From NCBI GenBank assembly GCA_008632985.1, contig QPGO01000040.1:191719-255718 (forward strand): 64,000 nucleotides of DNA, given 5' to 3'. The notes beneath the pieces are model-generated. The model was not told the origin of the DNA. It searched no databases and was given only the letters and a program-made list of their open reading frames with translations. This document shows positions 49,327-62,495 of this stretch, piece after piece. Position 1 is the first letter of the stretch, and every line of letters starts with the position of its first letter. Origin of the DNA: Psammoneis japonica (Eukaryota). The position numbers and the translations under genes were made by a program.

Positions 49327-50165
49327 ATTGTTTATGTGTCTGCAGAATCAAACTCAGAGAAGCACCCTCTTTTTGGAAAAACTTGAAACTCAGACTGAAA
49401 TCGATCCTGACGATATCACCAAGCCTCGTTCCCACCAAAATACGACTTCTCCAGTAGTTGGACTTTTAGAGGGACACCTGATGAGAACAGCTGTTGTGCG
49501 GCAGAAGCGATGACGATGGCTTATCCTCGTGTTTTTGATGGGTCGCTCTGCCGTTGTGTTGTGTTTGAGCAGTCATCAAATCGCAGATGTGACATGCATG
49601 AGCCGGTCGATAAAACGGTTATGAGGCAATATCAAATTTGTGTACTGGGCCGTTAAGGATCTGCCACCAAAACGTCGATAAATACAATCTATGTACTCGC
49701 AGTAAAAAGAATGTACAGCTATTTATTTAGATAACGACAGGCATTTGAATTCTATGTTTGTGACACTTTGAACATTTATTTTATACAATGACGTGGCGTT
49801 CAATATCCTACGTCATTCTCGAGTTTTGGCGGACTTTTTCAAAAAAATCGGTATCTTTTCTCGGCGACACGAATGAGATGAATGAGGACCCAACGAGTCG
49901 TGAGCGTTGTGATGTCTTGTTGCCACGTACGTTGCTTTGAGACAACGGTTACTTGTACAATGATGACATCCGTCCAATCATTGCCAATACTCTGGATGGA
50001 TGGGTGTCGCGATTGTTCCAGGAGATGACGCCATTTTCTGACTCATCAAATCGGAACAATGATTTACTCGTGAGTGCAACACACATCATGTGCATTTCTG
50101 TCACACACATACGCATGCACCTCCTTGGTGAATTTTAATTCGTTTCAAAACATTCCACGTCACTT

Positions 50166-50275
50166 GTCTAGTTCCAAATTCTGCAAGGATAGGTAGGATC
50201 AAGGTGAAGCTGCATTTTTAGTCTAGTTCCAAGTTCTGCAAAAAATATAGGTAGGATCAAGGTCAAGCTGCATTT
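50166..50275. repeat. ~55-bp intergenic tandem duplication
   Basis: gtctagttccaa(a/g)ttctgcaa...taggtaggatcaaggt(g/c)aagctgcattt, at 50166 and 50221. Confidence 0.88.
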
Positions 50276-50789
50276 CAGTCCCCAGACATAGTAAGTACGA
50301 CTAGTAGTAAGAATAAACAAAGTGTGACGACTATACATTCACTAGATTTTCCTTCTGAGTCCACTTGCGTGATGATTCTAATGGCGCGGCGTCTCGGTTC
50401 TACACCGCATGCATTTGCGTGCAGTTGGGGCTAGATGCTACATCGAGATGGAGTCGGTTAGCTACGTACTGTACAGTAGAGACTCGTCTGAGAGACTACT
50501 GTCCCTGTAGGGCTAGAGCCTCTTGTAGAGTACTGTACACTCTCTACTAGCTAGAGTAGAGCGAGACTATCCATCTCAGAGCGAGACAACGTGCGCACCG
50601 ATCTAATCATACGTTAGCCAGAAAAGTACAGAATACCTTTGCGCCGTGTCTCTACTATGTACCGTAGTTCCAATAATATTCCAAACCACCTACAGAGGTT
50701 CCAGAGACCTCCTTCTACTGTACCGTACTAGTAGAGATATATTCAGAACTATTCGCTCTCTATGAAAACTAAAAATCTATATTACAGTC

Positions 50790-52477
50790 CTAAACTTTGC
50801 TCGGATCATCCATATTGAGATCGTCAAAGAGTCCAGCCAAATCCGACAAGAGCGGTTGAGCCACATCCAAGTAAACCAAAATGTGTTGGTGTGCATCCTT
50901 GGACATTTCTTGTCGAATATACGATTCCAAGGCAGCCTCATCGTGATGATGAGTATTCTCATCATGATTGTCGTCGTCGCTGTCATGATGATGGCCGCCA
51001 CCACGCATCATGTTGTCGAGCTTGTCATCCTTTTTATCAAAAATGGAAACCACATTGGACACAAGCTTGTCCCATTCGGAACCAATGTGTCGACCGAGTC
51101 GTTCCAATGGATGCATGGATTCGTGTCGCAACAACTGCGGCTCTTTACTATCGGCATCATTTCGTTGCTTGTTATTGCTTCGAATCGATCGCTTTGCATT
51201 CTCAACAACACGTTTCAAGTGGTTTGGATTCATAAATTTATAAATCTCTTCCGCATCCGGTGCGGCTTGAAAGGAATAATTGAAAATCTTTTGGACAGCC
51301 CAACCGTGATAGCGATCATAAACTTGCTTGTAGGCTGCCGCCACGGCCGCCGTGGTGGTCTTGTACACGTCGGGCACTCGCACGACATTGGCAAAGAGTG
51401 CCGTTTGATAGGAAAGCTGTCGTCGGACCCACAAGAGTCCCATGGCGGCCGTCTTTTCCTTGAGACGGGGCAATCCGGGATGAACGGCCGTGTCGACTTC
51501 GTGTTGCAACAATTCACGCAACGTCGGGCTACGCAATTCACCCTCTTGTTGTTCCAACGAATGTTCATTGATCCACTCGTGAATGGCACTTTCAATCTTG
51601 TGCACATTTTGCACGACATCCTTGTGTCCCAAATTCATTCCCACCGCATATCCCTTGTATCCGTGTGGGACTTGTCGTACCACTCGCCATTCGGCAAAAA
51701 TACGCATGGCGGCACAAAATTGCAAGGCATCAACATTGCCAAAATGAACGTCGGAAATTTGTTTTTCTTGGAATTGTCCACGTTTTTCGGTTAGAGCGGC
51801 TGAACGTTGGGACCACGCGATTTGGCCAGTGGCGGCATCCATGGCCGTCAGTGCTTTCTTGATGGAGGGATCGAGTCCTTTTGTAAATTTGTTCAAATCA
51901 AAGTCGGGACGGTTTTGAAGGACGGCGTATTCAAAAATCCTAGTGACATCTGTTAGAGACATTTTGGCAATCTCCTCCACGTCCAAGAAGGGTTTCGGTG
52001 TCGAAAGGGAGTGTTGGAATTGTATTGCTTTTCTCTTTTTACGATTTTGCTTCTTTTCTTCTCGATTGCCACCTCCTCTTGGAACAGACGTAGCGACAGT
52101 AGTAGCAGTAGCTTGAGATGATGGTGTTTCTTGCTGTCCGCGCACTTTATGTACAAGATCTGACACAGACGAAAACCATCCTCCTTGCCATGTTCTTCTC
52201 GTCTCAAATCGACTCCACCGGTAAAAGGCAAAATGGGACTGAACGTTTCGGTAATGCTTCCAATCGCAGCGGTTCCCAATCCCAACCGTGGGCGATTATT
52301 ATTATGTTCATTCAATAAAAAGGGAGGAGTAATCACTTCCATACTGAGCGCATCGCCCAATTGATGCAAGTGTGCCTGAACGGCATTATTTTGACCGAGA
52401 TGTGCACATGCCAAGAGCAACACCAAAGCCGACAAGCAACAACAGCCCAGAGCTGGGCGGCGTCTCGTTTTGTTCAT
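50790..52477 (-). CDS. Glycolipid transfer protein (GLTP)-domain protein with N-terminal signal and extension
   Basis: AAMGLLWVRRQL and AYKQVYDRYHGWAVQKIF...FQAAPD match the GLTP fold. The hydrophobic N-terminus in ORF 52477 joins by a frameshift near 52170. Confidence 0.8.
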
Positions 52478-54089
52478 GAACCAAAAATTTTCTTCTTGTA
52501 ATTCTTCTTCTTCTTGGTTATTTTCTTGTCGTAATAAGAGCGAATCATGGAACGAGGATTCGGACTTGCTCGTTTTCAGTAGACAATCCGATAGTCGTGT
52601 TGCCGATCTGATAGTAAGGTGTCAATAATTGAGAGATGATGAGTGAGAAAGCAACGTCAGAACAACCAAAAGTGAGAAAGATGAGATGATTGGATGGAGA
52701 GTTGAGTGAGAAAACTACGTCAGACAGCGTTGGTAGTACGACAGTACGTAGAATTCTACACAAACCGTACGAGCTCCATTGACACTATTTCTGTCACGAA
52801 AAAGTGACACCCAACACAGACAACATGACACCAAACGCGAAACCAAAAAATCGAGAACACTGCACGACGACACACATCAACAACCATGACATACCTTGAC
52901 GATGACAAGGAGAATTCTTTGCTAAATTGAGAAGCACACGTATGTTGCTCTGTAGAAGATGACTTTCGTAGGAGACTGGTAAAATCGAGGGAGCGAACCT
53001 TGATCAATCTTCGTTTTGTATTTTGATGATGATGAACGACGTCTGCTTCGTCGTGATTGCAACAAGACATTCTTATCAGTGTGCTGCGGTTGTAAGAAGA
53101 ACAAAAGATAATGAAGTATACCGTTATCGTTTTCTGTTTGCTTGCATGGATTGCTCAACGGAAGCAGATGAATGAGTCGTCGCTTTGTTGTTGGAGGCAG
53201 TTGTGAAATGTGATGTTGTGTCACTCGTTGATTTTTTGTGACTCGGGCGAAGAAGCGGGATCGCAGAACGCTCATTCATGAGTCATACTCCGATTCACGT
53301 TGAATACGATATTTTGACAAAAAGGTTATTCATTTTTTCAATTGAATAAGAACTGAATAGATGTTCGTTGATGTTGACTCACATGCGTACGCGTTGCACT
53401 CGGGACGTCACCTCAACGGTTTTATAGCATATATCGATTGAATAAAAATAAATGCTTAGTGACGTCGTTCAATTTTGCCACTATCGACTTTCAGACTCAA
53501 TTTAAAATCCTATGTATGCATTCAGTCTCTAAGATGCGTATAAACAGCTATTATGTGGCAGATGATGTTCTGAATTTTGAATTGCCCTCGCGATCTTTTT
53601 TCGAAAAAATCAACCCGAAGGCGTTTTCATGTCGGCGGCAAGTTTTCGAAAAAGAACAAATTGCTTCCGTTGCGGCGAGTTGCGACGAATTTTGTGTACA
53701 GGTACCATTACGAAGGTAACAATACAAGGATCTCCTCATGTCGAATTGATTCTGCCACTGTAGTGAGGATTTTTGAGTCTCGCAGGATGTTGTGGGAACA
53801 TCACGGAGTCAAACGATGGGACGAAGAGCGTTCGCATTCACGTCGCAACCGAGGTATTCCTCGGTAACCGACGAATACAAAAAACTGGCGGTCTGTACAA
53901 GACCCATCAGGGAACCATCGAGTCAGGTAAAAGTAAAACAGTGATCATTGAATGAGAACACCCTCAGTTTAATTCTAGTCATTCAAACAAACAGGCGGCA
54001 TGATGCTGAAGCAAATCGAAAACCCCGAACGAGATTCCGCCCTCTCACAAGAATGACATTCAAAACGAAAACGAAAAGAAAACAACTTG

Positions 54090-54900
54090 AGCTTCTTTGC
54101 ATCTACTCATTCAGAACTTTGCCATGAAGGAATGACAAATGTACATGGACACCTTCGACTTGGCATCGACAATGACGGCGATGAAGAAATGCGAGCTTCC
54201 TACGCGGTTGCAGAAACTCGGGTGGCCTCGTTGTTAGTATATCTGCCAACAGCCACTGGTCGACATCAACGAGACATGCGAATGGCAACATGGAAAGTGA
54301 CAGGTGTGGAAATCAGGGGCACTCTCATTGCGACTGTGGGCTTGTTGGTTTTGTCAATGCTTCAAGAAGTAGTGACAATGGTTGCATCGTTGAAGATTGC
54401 TTTGCGACAGGTACCGTAGGTGACAACCCATGTCAGAGGGGTGGATTGGTTGGTGAATGGTTGGGGTGTCCGGAAGCGGACAAAATGCCAAATAGTTGGT
54501 GCACAACGGATCCTGCTATTGGCAATTTAATGACAGAAACCGCAAAGAATATGGTGGTCGCAGATAGTGATCCCAACAACTTTTTTCAATAGGGAACGAG
54601 TAAGAACCCATACGTAGGTGGTACAAGGACAAGTGGGTATTTGATGAAAGCGACTATCCATTTCTTGCATGTTTACCAGCCTCCACCACAAAGAATCTGT
54701 CGCCGGACTATTTTCCATGTGGCTGCGTGTATGCATTGAACAGTCGTTTCCGAGAGACGTGGTATTTCCCGGCTTCATTCGAGGAAAATACGGAAACTTT
54801 GGGCAAGCCCAAGAATAGTTTGATGAATCGAGCGCCAACATTGCTTCTGCCAAGTGGCTCAATAATAAGAATTAGAGCACGACTATAACCCGCCAACAAG
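54090..54900 (+). pseudogene. Possible decayed UshA/CD73-like 5'-nucleotidase remnant
   Basis: Fragments in alternating frames (RDMRMATWKVTGVEI / GHSH, then AIGNLMTE) resemble D..LA.KV.GVD.I.GGHSH and the C-domain xGNL.xD. Weak. Confidence 0.3.
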
Positions 54901-55415
54901 CTACAGTGGGCCCTGGAACTGATGAAAAAGTTAAAGCCCTCGTATTATAAGGTCACTAGTAGAGAGATTGCATGCTGGCAAAACACGGAACAATCATGTA
55001 GTTCAAAGATACATTCGCGCTTTGGAAGGAGCAGAACGAATGGTTCAGGATTTTCGTTGGGGCAAGAGGATAATAGTCCCGCTTTGTGATTGAGGCAGAT
55101 TCAACTAGCTAGAGAGGTATGGTGGGGAGTGTCGAAATGGTGTGCGATGCAGGCAGCCCCTCAAGTTCCTCTCTGGGGTACGCTGGATTGCTCTATAGCC
55201 AACATTATAGCTTTTGATGGGTTTGGACAAAAAGCAGTGTCTTTCCGTACTCGCTTTATGGATGTACACACGTTACCTACTTTCTAAATGAAACGTTGTG
55301 AGCAACTACACAGGTGTAAACTCGAACGCGCCCGTCATCAACTTTTTCGGTCACGTCGTTGCGGCCTAGTTTTCAACTGCTTCATGGATACTTGTACATA
55401 ATAATGGCTCAAAAA

Positions 55416-56859
55416 TTAGGATTGCCTTTCGGACGACGACGACGATGTTTTGAGAAGCAAAACTACAGCCAAGAGACCGGTACCAAGCACGACACTCATC
55501 CATTGTTCATCCTGTTTCTTGTGTGCACGCTTTAGTTCTTCCAGGGTGACGATTTCTTCGGCTTCTTCTCGTCTTTTGGTTTGGACTGTTCTAGACCATC
55601 CTTTTGCGCGATGCTTCCACCCATGCGCCACGTATTCCACGTTTCAAAAAAGACACTCTTGTGTTGGGTCGTTGTATAGGCTCCATCGCTTGTACAAAGG
55701 GCATGTTGCAACGATCGAGATACAACAGTCTCGCTTGGCATTGATGCTTGGGCGTCGTCGCCATAGTCATGACCCTCCAGTAGTAATTGGAAAAAGGCAT
55801 TACGAGAATTCTCTGCAAGATTGTGTGTCTTGTAATCATCTTGTGTTTGTTGATGATTGGGCAAAAAGTACTTGGTAAAGATTCGTTCAAAGAACTGTAC
55901 AAGTGTTGGATAATCTTTCAAAATGGCAATCAAGTGCACATTGCCTAGAGCGTCTGCTAGATGTGACCACAACATGGCATCCACCATGGTTGGTTTGGTG
56001 GAAGAAACGAGGTATTCTTGATTATCCTTGGATAGTAGCGCATGTTCCAACACGTTGTAACATTCTCGAGCCATTTCTAGAGCTTGTTCTACCGAAATAA
56101 CACCTGCATGACGCCGTTTGGCTAGAACCATTTCTGTTCTGGCTTGGAGGGGACCCAAAAACCAACACGAACCCCCACCGCCAGTATAGCCTCGACTGGC
56201 TTGTAAGCATTGGGGACGATAGACTTGATGCCATGTATGGTCGTCTTGAAAGCCAAGTACATCCAGCACGGCAGAAAGCTTGGTTGCAATCATGGTCTGG
56301 TACAAGAGCGATTGATCCTTCATGGACTTGTCTAAATCACCATTCAATTTTGTTTCTGGAAAACTGACTTGCAAATAATCCAAAATACAATTTTGGCATT
56401 GTTATTACAACTTGGATCATGCCGTCCCACCATGCTGGGTGTCTTGATGTTTTGCAAACAGGGTAAAGGACCCGTTGACTCCATGGCTAAATAGGGAGAA
56501 TTCGTTACAACGTACGGTACACCCGCCATGTTTAACACACACTGTTCCAACCATGCAGGACGGTATTGAATCAAGAGCAAACTCGGTTGATGACTTTTTG
56601 TATCTTGTTCTTCTACCTTTTCTTCGTCTACTCCCCATACTTCGGTCCAACCTTCACTTCGTTTTTCGAGATTGGGAGGAAAACTTCGAGACGAATCAGC
56701 ATTATGAAGACTGCATAGCATCATGGATTGAAGTAACAGTGACAAGTCATGGTTTTTTTGTCGTTGCTTGTTATGGACGTTATTGCCGTCGTCACGCCTG
56801 TTATTGCGATCAAACAACGTCATGGTGGATGTTCGCATGTGTGTGTGTTCATTGTTCAT
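55416..56859 (-). CDS. Metaxin-like (GST-fold, Sam37/Tom37 family) protein with C-terminal TM anchor
   Basis: VPYVVTNS...STGPLPCL, ARECYNVLE..L....YL..STKPTMVDAMLWSHL and YPTLVQFFERI; TM segment WMSVVLGTGLLAVVLLL. Two apparent 1-nt frameshifts (~56385, ~55630); start uncertain. Confidence 0.75.
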
Positions 56860-57029
56860 CGTAGCGTCCCGGACGTACCGGCATGCAGACGCCGGTGCCA
56901 GAACTTCTGTATGTGATGCTGAAGGCGGAGCCTGCCTTGCCTCTGGGCGACTCATCATCCGATGAGGAGTCAGAAGTGAACCTTGCAAGAGGGAGAGGAT
57001 CGACAACTCCTCTCACTGTTGCAAGTAAA

Positions 57030-60000
57030 CCCAAGAATGCAAATGAGAGTTGCAGCTCTTGTCCCAATGATCTCACCAGGCAGGACAGGCAACTGTGCTT
57101 TCCTTGTTGCAACAGCAACTTGGGGCTCACAACCCTGTCCTGCGTGTGTGTCCAATTCGTTGTTTGCGCAGTGACCAGGCCCTGCAACACATTGAGTTGC
57201 AGCTGACACAGCAGTGGGTGGAACACTTTGTTTTGAGACAGCACAAACATCCTGCTCCCCCCCACAAAAAATGCGTGGGGCTTTGCTTGACAAAAGATCG
57301 CTGGCGAGAACAATGTGCACAACATCGCACGCAAGTGCATTGTCAGTGTTGCCAGCACCCCACACCCTCAGGTGTGAAAACAAGCACTGCATCTGAAACC
57401 AGAGACACACCACTGCCACCACCCCTGCATTTCACCCCACAGCACCACAACACATCCAGCCCCATTCTCCCAGCTGTGTGAGTTTAGAACCAGGCCCAGC
57501 ACCCCCCTGGCTGCTGGCTTCCTCAACAGCGCTGCACATGGATCACATGTGAGCACAAGTGCCATTCGATTGAGAGTGGCTGCTCCCATTCCACAGAACT
57601 GAGAACAAATGAGCTGGGCCCGGTGAGCCCACACACCATTCTTTGTGGCTGCAGTCATGTTGTTTGGCCCAGAGCCGCGAGCTGCCAAACAGCATCAAAC
57701 TGTGACATCTGTGCTCACCCAGCTGCATTGACCAAATGACATTTTGCAATCACACAGCAGAATTGTTTGACGATTGCCCTCTTGATGTGCAGCTTCTCCT
57801 TCAAGTGACAGCTGACATGCATGCAATGTTTCTCATTTTGATGTGCACCTCTTCAAGCAACATGAACAGCACAGTGTGAATGTGTGCTCATGACACCCAG
57901 TTTCTGCAACAACAAGTTCAAGAACACATCTCCATGCACATGTCAACGCCATTGAAGAAAACAAAAAGAGCTCTTTTTTGTGTTGCTGCACAATGCATGC
58001 TGAACTGGGCAGTTTGTTTCTCCCCTCTTGTTGTCACAGAAATGAAGTTGTGTTGTCATTTCCAGCACATGTCCGTCCCACACAGTTTGTGAAGAGCTGC
58101 CTGCTGTGTGTGCAGCAGCCAGATGATTGGCCACAGAACCATCTCTGATGTCAGTGTTCAGGTCAGAGGTCAGAGGTCAGAGGTGTGGCAACAGCACAGA
58201 CAAGTTTGCAGTCTTTTGATGGCAGAATTTCATGGTGGAGCATGCGCCAGCACTGCACCGTGCAGTGGCAAAATCCCATGAAAAAAGCAAAACAAGATGA
58301 GCTGCAAGATGATGTGCACATCAGCCATGCACACATCAAAAAATGATTCTCTCCACTGTCACATCATTCTCCACCTTTGTGCTCTTTGTGATCTCTGCCT
58401 GGGCAGAAGGCAATCTTGAACGTTGCAGACTTCAGATGCAGCTGCAAGATGCCAATCCCACCATCAATCCCAAACAGCTGCAGTGCCCCCTTTCTGATGT
58501 CTTTGGCACCAATGATGCATTTCAGTGCACCAGGAGCCACTGCAGCGAGCAGCCCTGACATGCCTGTTGTGCATTGGAAGATGGTTTCTTCCACATTGAA
58601 GGTCGCCAGGATGGATGCATGCGTGACATTCAGTTGTGGTTCAATGAATGAGCACAGTGGAAGCTTCAATTGTGGCACCCCAACCAGTGCAATTGTTGGC
58701 AAGGATGCTGATGTCATCAAATTTTTGGGTGGTGTTGGCGGATTGTCCAAGTGCTGCTGCCCCAGTTCATCAGCTGCCAATGAAGCATTGACACTTGCTC
58801 TGGACATCTGATTGGCCGGTCTCTTCCAGATCAGACCCTCTGACTGTGATGCAGGATGCAAGCTTGGTCCACTGTCCCAGAGCTGTGTTTTTGATGCTGC
58901 TGTTGGTGAGTGTCAATTCAAGCCAAATGCCTGCTCCAATGTTGCCAACAGCAGTTTGTGCCTCAGTCTTTCTCCTGGAAGCCACAAGTGCATCTGCAGT
59001 CCAGGCTTTGAGGGGGGCAACGGTGCTCTTTGCTGAAATGCAACGATCAAGCACTTCAGTTTTGACAATGGCAGAATCTGCAAGCCACATCCTCCAACCA
59101 CACCGAGCACTGTCAAGGATGCTGATGGCAATGGACATGCGACCGCCATTGATTGTGATGACTCAGACCCTTTGGCAAACCCAGGGGCCACAGAGACATG
59201 CAAAGATGGCATCAACAATGACTGTGGTGGCACTGTGGACAAAGCTGATTGTGTTGAGGCACCCTCAGATGTCCCGTCTGATGAGCCTTCTGCTCTGCCC
59301 TCAGATGACCTCCCATCTTCATCGTTCCAACCATCAAATGAGCTTTCTCTTCCATCCCAAGTCAAACTCCATCTGCATTTCCTGGTGTCAGCTCACAGCC
59401 TTTTGTGCTTCCATCTGGCAAGCCAATTGTCAGCTTGATGCCATCACAATCCCCATCAAGCACACCAAGTGAAATGTCTGCATTGGCTCATCCCTCTTGG
59501 GCCCCTTTCTTCCATCCCAAGTTCAACATGCAGCAGACCAAACAGCTGTGCCAACACCGGCATTTTCTTGGCCTGCAAGATGCATCATGATGAAGGATTT
59601 GTCAGTGATGATGACTGCCCTGTTGATCCAGGTGGCAGAGTTGCCTGCTTCATGGTGTGCTGTGACCAAACCAACAATGGCGGTGGCTGGAGGACTCTGT
59701 GCACCTGCTTCCCCTGGATCTTCAGAGTCACTGAAAATCTCATCAACCACATTGCTGACCATGTGCGGTGCAACAATTGTTCAATCTCCAAAGATGAACA
59801 CTGCCCTGGTGGGTGCTTTGTGACAACATGATGGATGGCATGAGGTTTGTAGACAACAATGGTCGAAACTCAAAATGCCAACATTGCGGGGGCAAAGCCA
59901 GAGGCTGCCAGGTGCAAAACTCCCTGGGACCATGACACCCATGTGGCCAATGGCACAGAACATGCAACATTTGCTGTCCACATCTTTCATGGTGAGTGTT

Positions 60001-62140
60001 TGGATTGTGCACTTGTCAGGGCTTAGATTGTTCTGTGGCATGGACAGGCAGCAGAGGGATGTGCCAGTTGAACAGAGAACATGGCATTTCCCTTCCTGCA
60101 AAGAGAGCAGTTTGCAGTCTTCATGTCCTGAAAGCAAACTTTGGGAGCATTGGTTGAATGAAAGTTTCACAGATGTGCCAAATTGGCGCATTTCAAATGG
60201 ACAGGAACTCGCCAGCATTTCATTTTGCTTGCGTTGCCCCACATTGTCCTTGACTGACTGAGCTGGTCAACAGAAAGGCAAACTGTCACTCCATCATGCA
60301 CCTGTTCTTCAAGGAGTGCACATTGTCAAAAATTGAGTGTTTGGCATCAAGGTAGAAACTCAAGTTGTGTGACACTGGAACTTTGATGCAAAATGCAGCA
60401 GCAAAAACTGTGCAGCATCAGCACACACCTGACCACTGCCAGAGGAGCTCTTTCTCAGAAGTCTGCATTGTTGGTCTGATTTGTTGTGTCCAGAGTTTTG
60501 TTGCCAGCACATGCATTGTTTGTTTGTTTTTTATGGAGAACGTGCACACCCGTTGAAGATCTGTGCCATGAGAAGCAGCATGAAGAGAAAGGCACCTGAG
60601 GAAAAAACCAAAACCACTTGAATTTGAAGCAGGAACTCTGTTGAAATCGATGCTCAACATGACATTTTCCAGAGTGCCACACTCCGGTCATTCTTTTGTC
60701 TCAAGTGAAATGTGGTGCCAGTGTTCATTCTCTAGAGGCACATGTGCAACACTGCCAGTCATCAAAGCCAGTCCAATGATCACCTGGAAGACTTTTGGGT
60801 TGAAATGAACACAGTGTGCTGGTTGCACAGGGTGTCTCCATTGGTCTCCAATTTGCACCAAACAAGCTGTGCTGCCAAGCACACACACTGCACTCTTCTC
60901 AAAAAGAGCTGGTTGCCACTTCAGCTGTGGCAAAGCAATGGTTTTCTTGGCTTTCCAACAAATGCTTGAGTGGCTGGCTGTCATTGTGCTGGCAAAATGT
61001 GTGTTGTGTGGGTGAAAAGTGGGAGGAAGTTCTTTGGCATTTTGTTTGTGGGGTGACAGCTGAGCTCATCTCATTGTCTGGATTGTGTGCAAAAAAAGAC
61101 TGCAGCCAGGGTGGAGAACAGAGAGTGCTCTTCCTTTTGTGGCTGACGTCATTGACACATGTGATGTTGTTTTCCCCAGTCCTGGCTGCTGATGACCTCT
61201 CGTGGAAAAGGACAAGCAGCTCTTGAGTGTCCGCTCCTTGTGTTGTTTGAGCAAATGTGAAATGCAGAGAACAAAAGCCTCAAATTGTCTGGATGCTTGC
61301 AAAGCAACACTGTGCTCCACGTTCTCAATCTTGTCAAAACTCAGCATGGTGACCCCTCTGTGCACAAGCTCAAAGGTGAAAAAGAGCAGCCTTTGAGATG
61401 GCTCAGTGTGCTCAGTGCAGCCTTGCTGCTTTGGCCTGCCTGCTGTTTTTGTTGTTGTTGAAAACTGACTCTTCAGCTCAAGACAAGCCCAAGCAACCAC
61501 ACGTTTGGTTGGCAGCACACCAGCTTCTTTGTTCTTTTGCAACCTTGCTCCATGCAGTCCAAGGAGCCACAATGAGAGCACAGAAAGTGAGGTGCGGCAC
61601 TGCAGAAAAAAGAAGCTGTGAACTTGGTGGCAGCAATGGCAGCCAAGATCTGGCTGTGTCAGCATGTTGCAAGTCCACCCTGTTTGCTGACAAATCTGAT
61701 TTGATTTGCAAGCTCTTTCAAGAAGTGGCGGGGCCCAAGGAGCTCTGCCCACTGCCAGCTCCCCGTTGGCCACTTTTCCACCAGGTCGAGGTTCTCGAAA
61801 ATGTTGCGGCAGACATTTTGTCAACAAATGTCACCGTTTGCATTTGGAAGTGGTCCAAAGGTGGTTGTGGCATGCAAAGAAATGCTGGCCATTGCATCAC
61901 CCCCTTCCCAGCAACTGCGTGCTTGTGTTGCAGACAACAGATGGTGTGCAAGCACTCAGCAACACACTGGAAAGTTCTGAAGCGACAGCGCTGACATTGA
62001 CACAAAGCGACACAGGATGAAGGCCTTTGATGGAGCGAAAAGAAGCCTGCATTGTGACAGAAGATGGCAAATTATGATGACCGCCACAGAGGCAGAATTC
62101 GCCTTGTGTTGGCGAAAAAAAAAAAAATGGGCCTCTGCTC
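57030..62140. other. TpA- and CpG-depleted hypermutated domain 3
   Basis: TA seen only a few times (near 57486, 59849, 60025, 60353, 60733); CG sparse; TG/CA excess; ends at a TA-rich palindrome. Confidence 0.93.
58343..59830 (+). pseudogene. Hypermutated pseudogene of a secreted multidomain protein: EGF-like, MopE-type Asp/Cys repeat, PS linker, fibrinogen-like start
   Basis: Signal peptide at 58343. ECQFKPNAC..CLSLSPGSHKCICSPGFEG (~58905-59015). DADGNGH...DCDDSDPLANPGATETCKDGINNDCGGTVDK (59118-59245). FMVCCDQTNNGGGW (~59648-59690). Internal stops and frameshifts. Confidence 0.78.
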
Positions 62141-62226
62141 TACTCCACTCTAGAGAGAGACTCTCTGCTCTAGCTACTCTCTAGAGTAGCTAGACTCTAG
62201 AGTAGAGAGAGAGTAGGGAGAGGGCC
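62129..62226. repeat. CT/AG- and TA-rich imperfect palindrome
   Basis: tctagctactct-ct-agagtagctaga (62169-62194) forms a perfect 12-bp stem, with outer imperfect arms bounded by ggcc. Confidence 0.85.
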
Positions 62227-62495
62227 TGTGCGGCAAGGAATCCGCCCGCAGATGAGCGCGATCTGTTGAGTGTTGCCAGTTGCCACTGGCTAACAGACAC
62301 ACAGCAGAGCTTGCTCATGATCAACAGGCTGCTACCGGTAATACAATAACACCTAAACATGCGCCAGGCGGAAGAACGATTGCATGCAACGAGAAGAAGC
62401 AAAATGCACTTTGTTCGTCATACTGTACGTCCAATAAAACGGACGTGATCAGCGGCCAACAACTAAAGTAAAACAAGAACAACAAATAATAAGTG

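Noticed and set aside
52545..53960. Short ORFs between the GLTP gene and the nucleotidase-like remnant
   Set aside because: No motifs or consistent exon structure.
5800..56400. Frameshifts in several host genes (~5850, 7105, 35000, 35610, 37935, 52170, 55630, 56385) as programmed frameshifting or pseudogenisation
   Set aside because: They appear to be single-base indels, often in short runs, and one hits the essential p44 gene, so assembly errors are more likely. Needs read-level checking.
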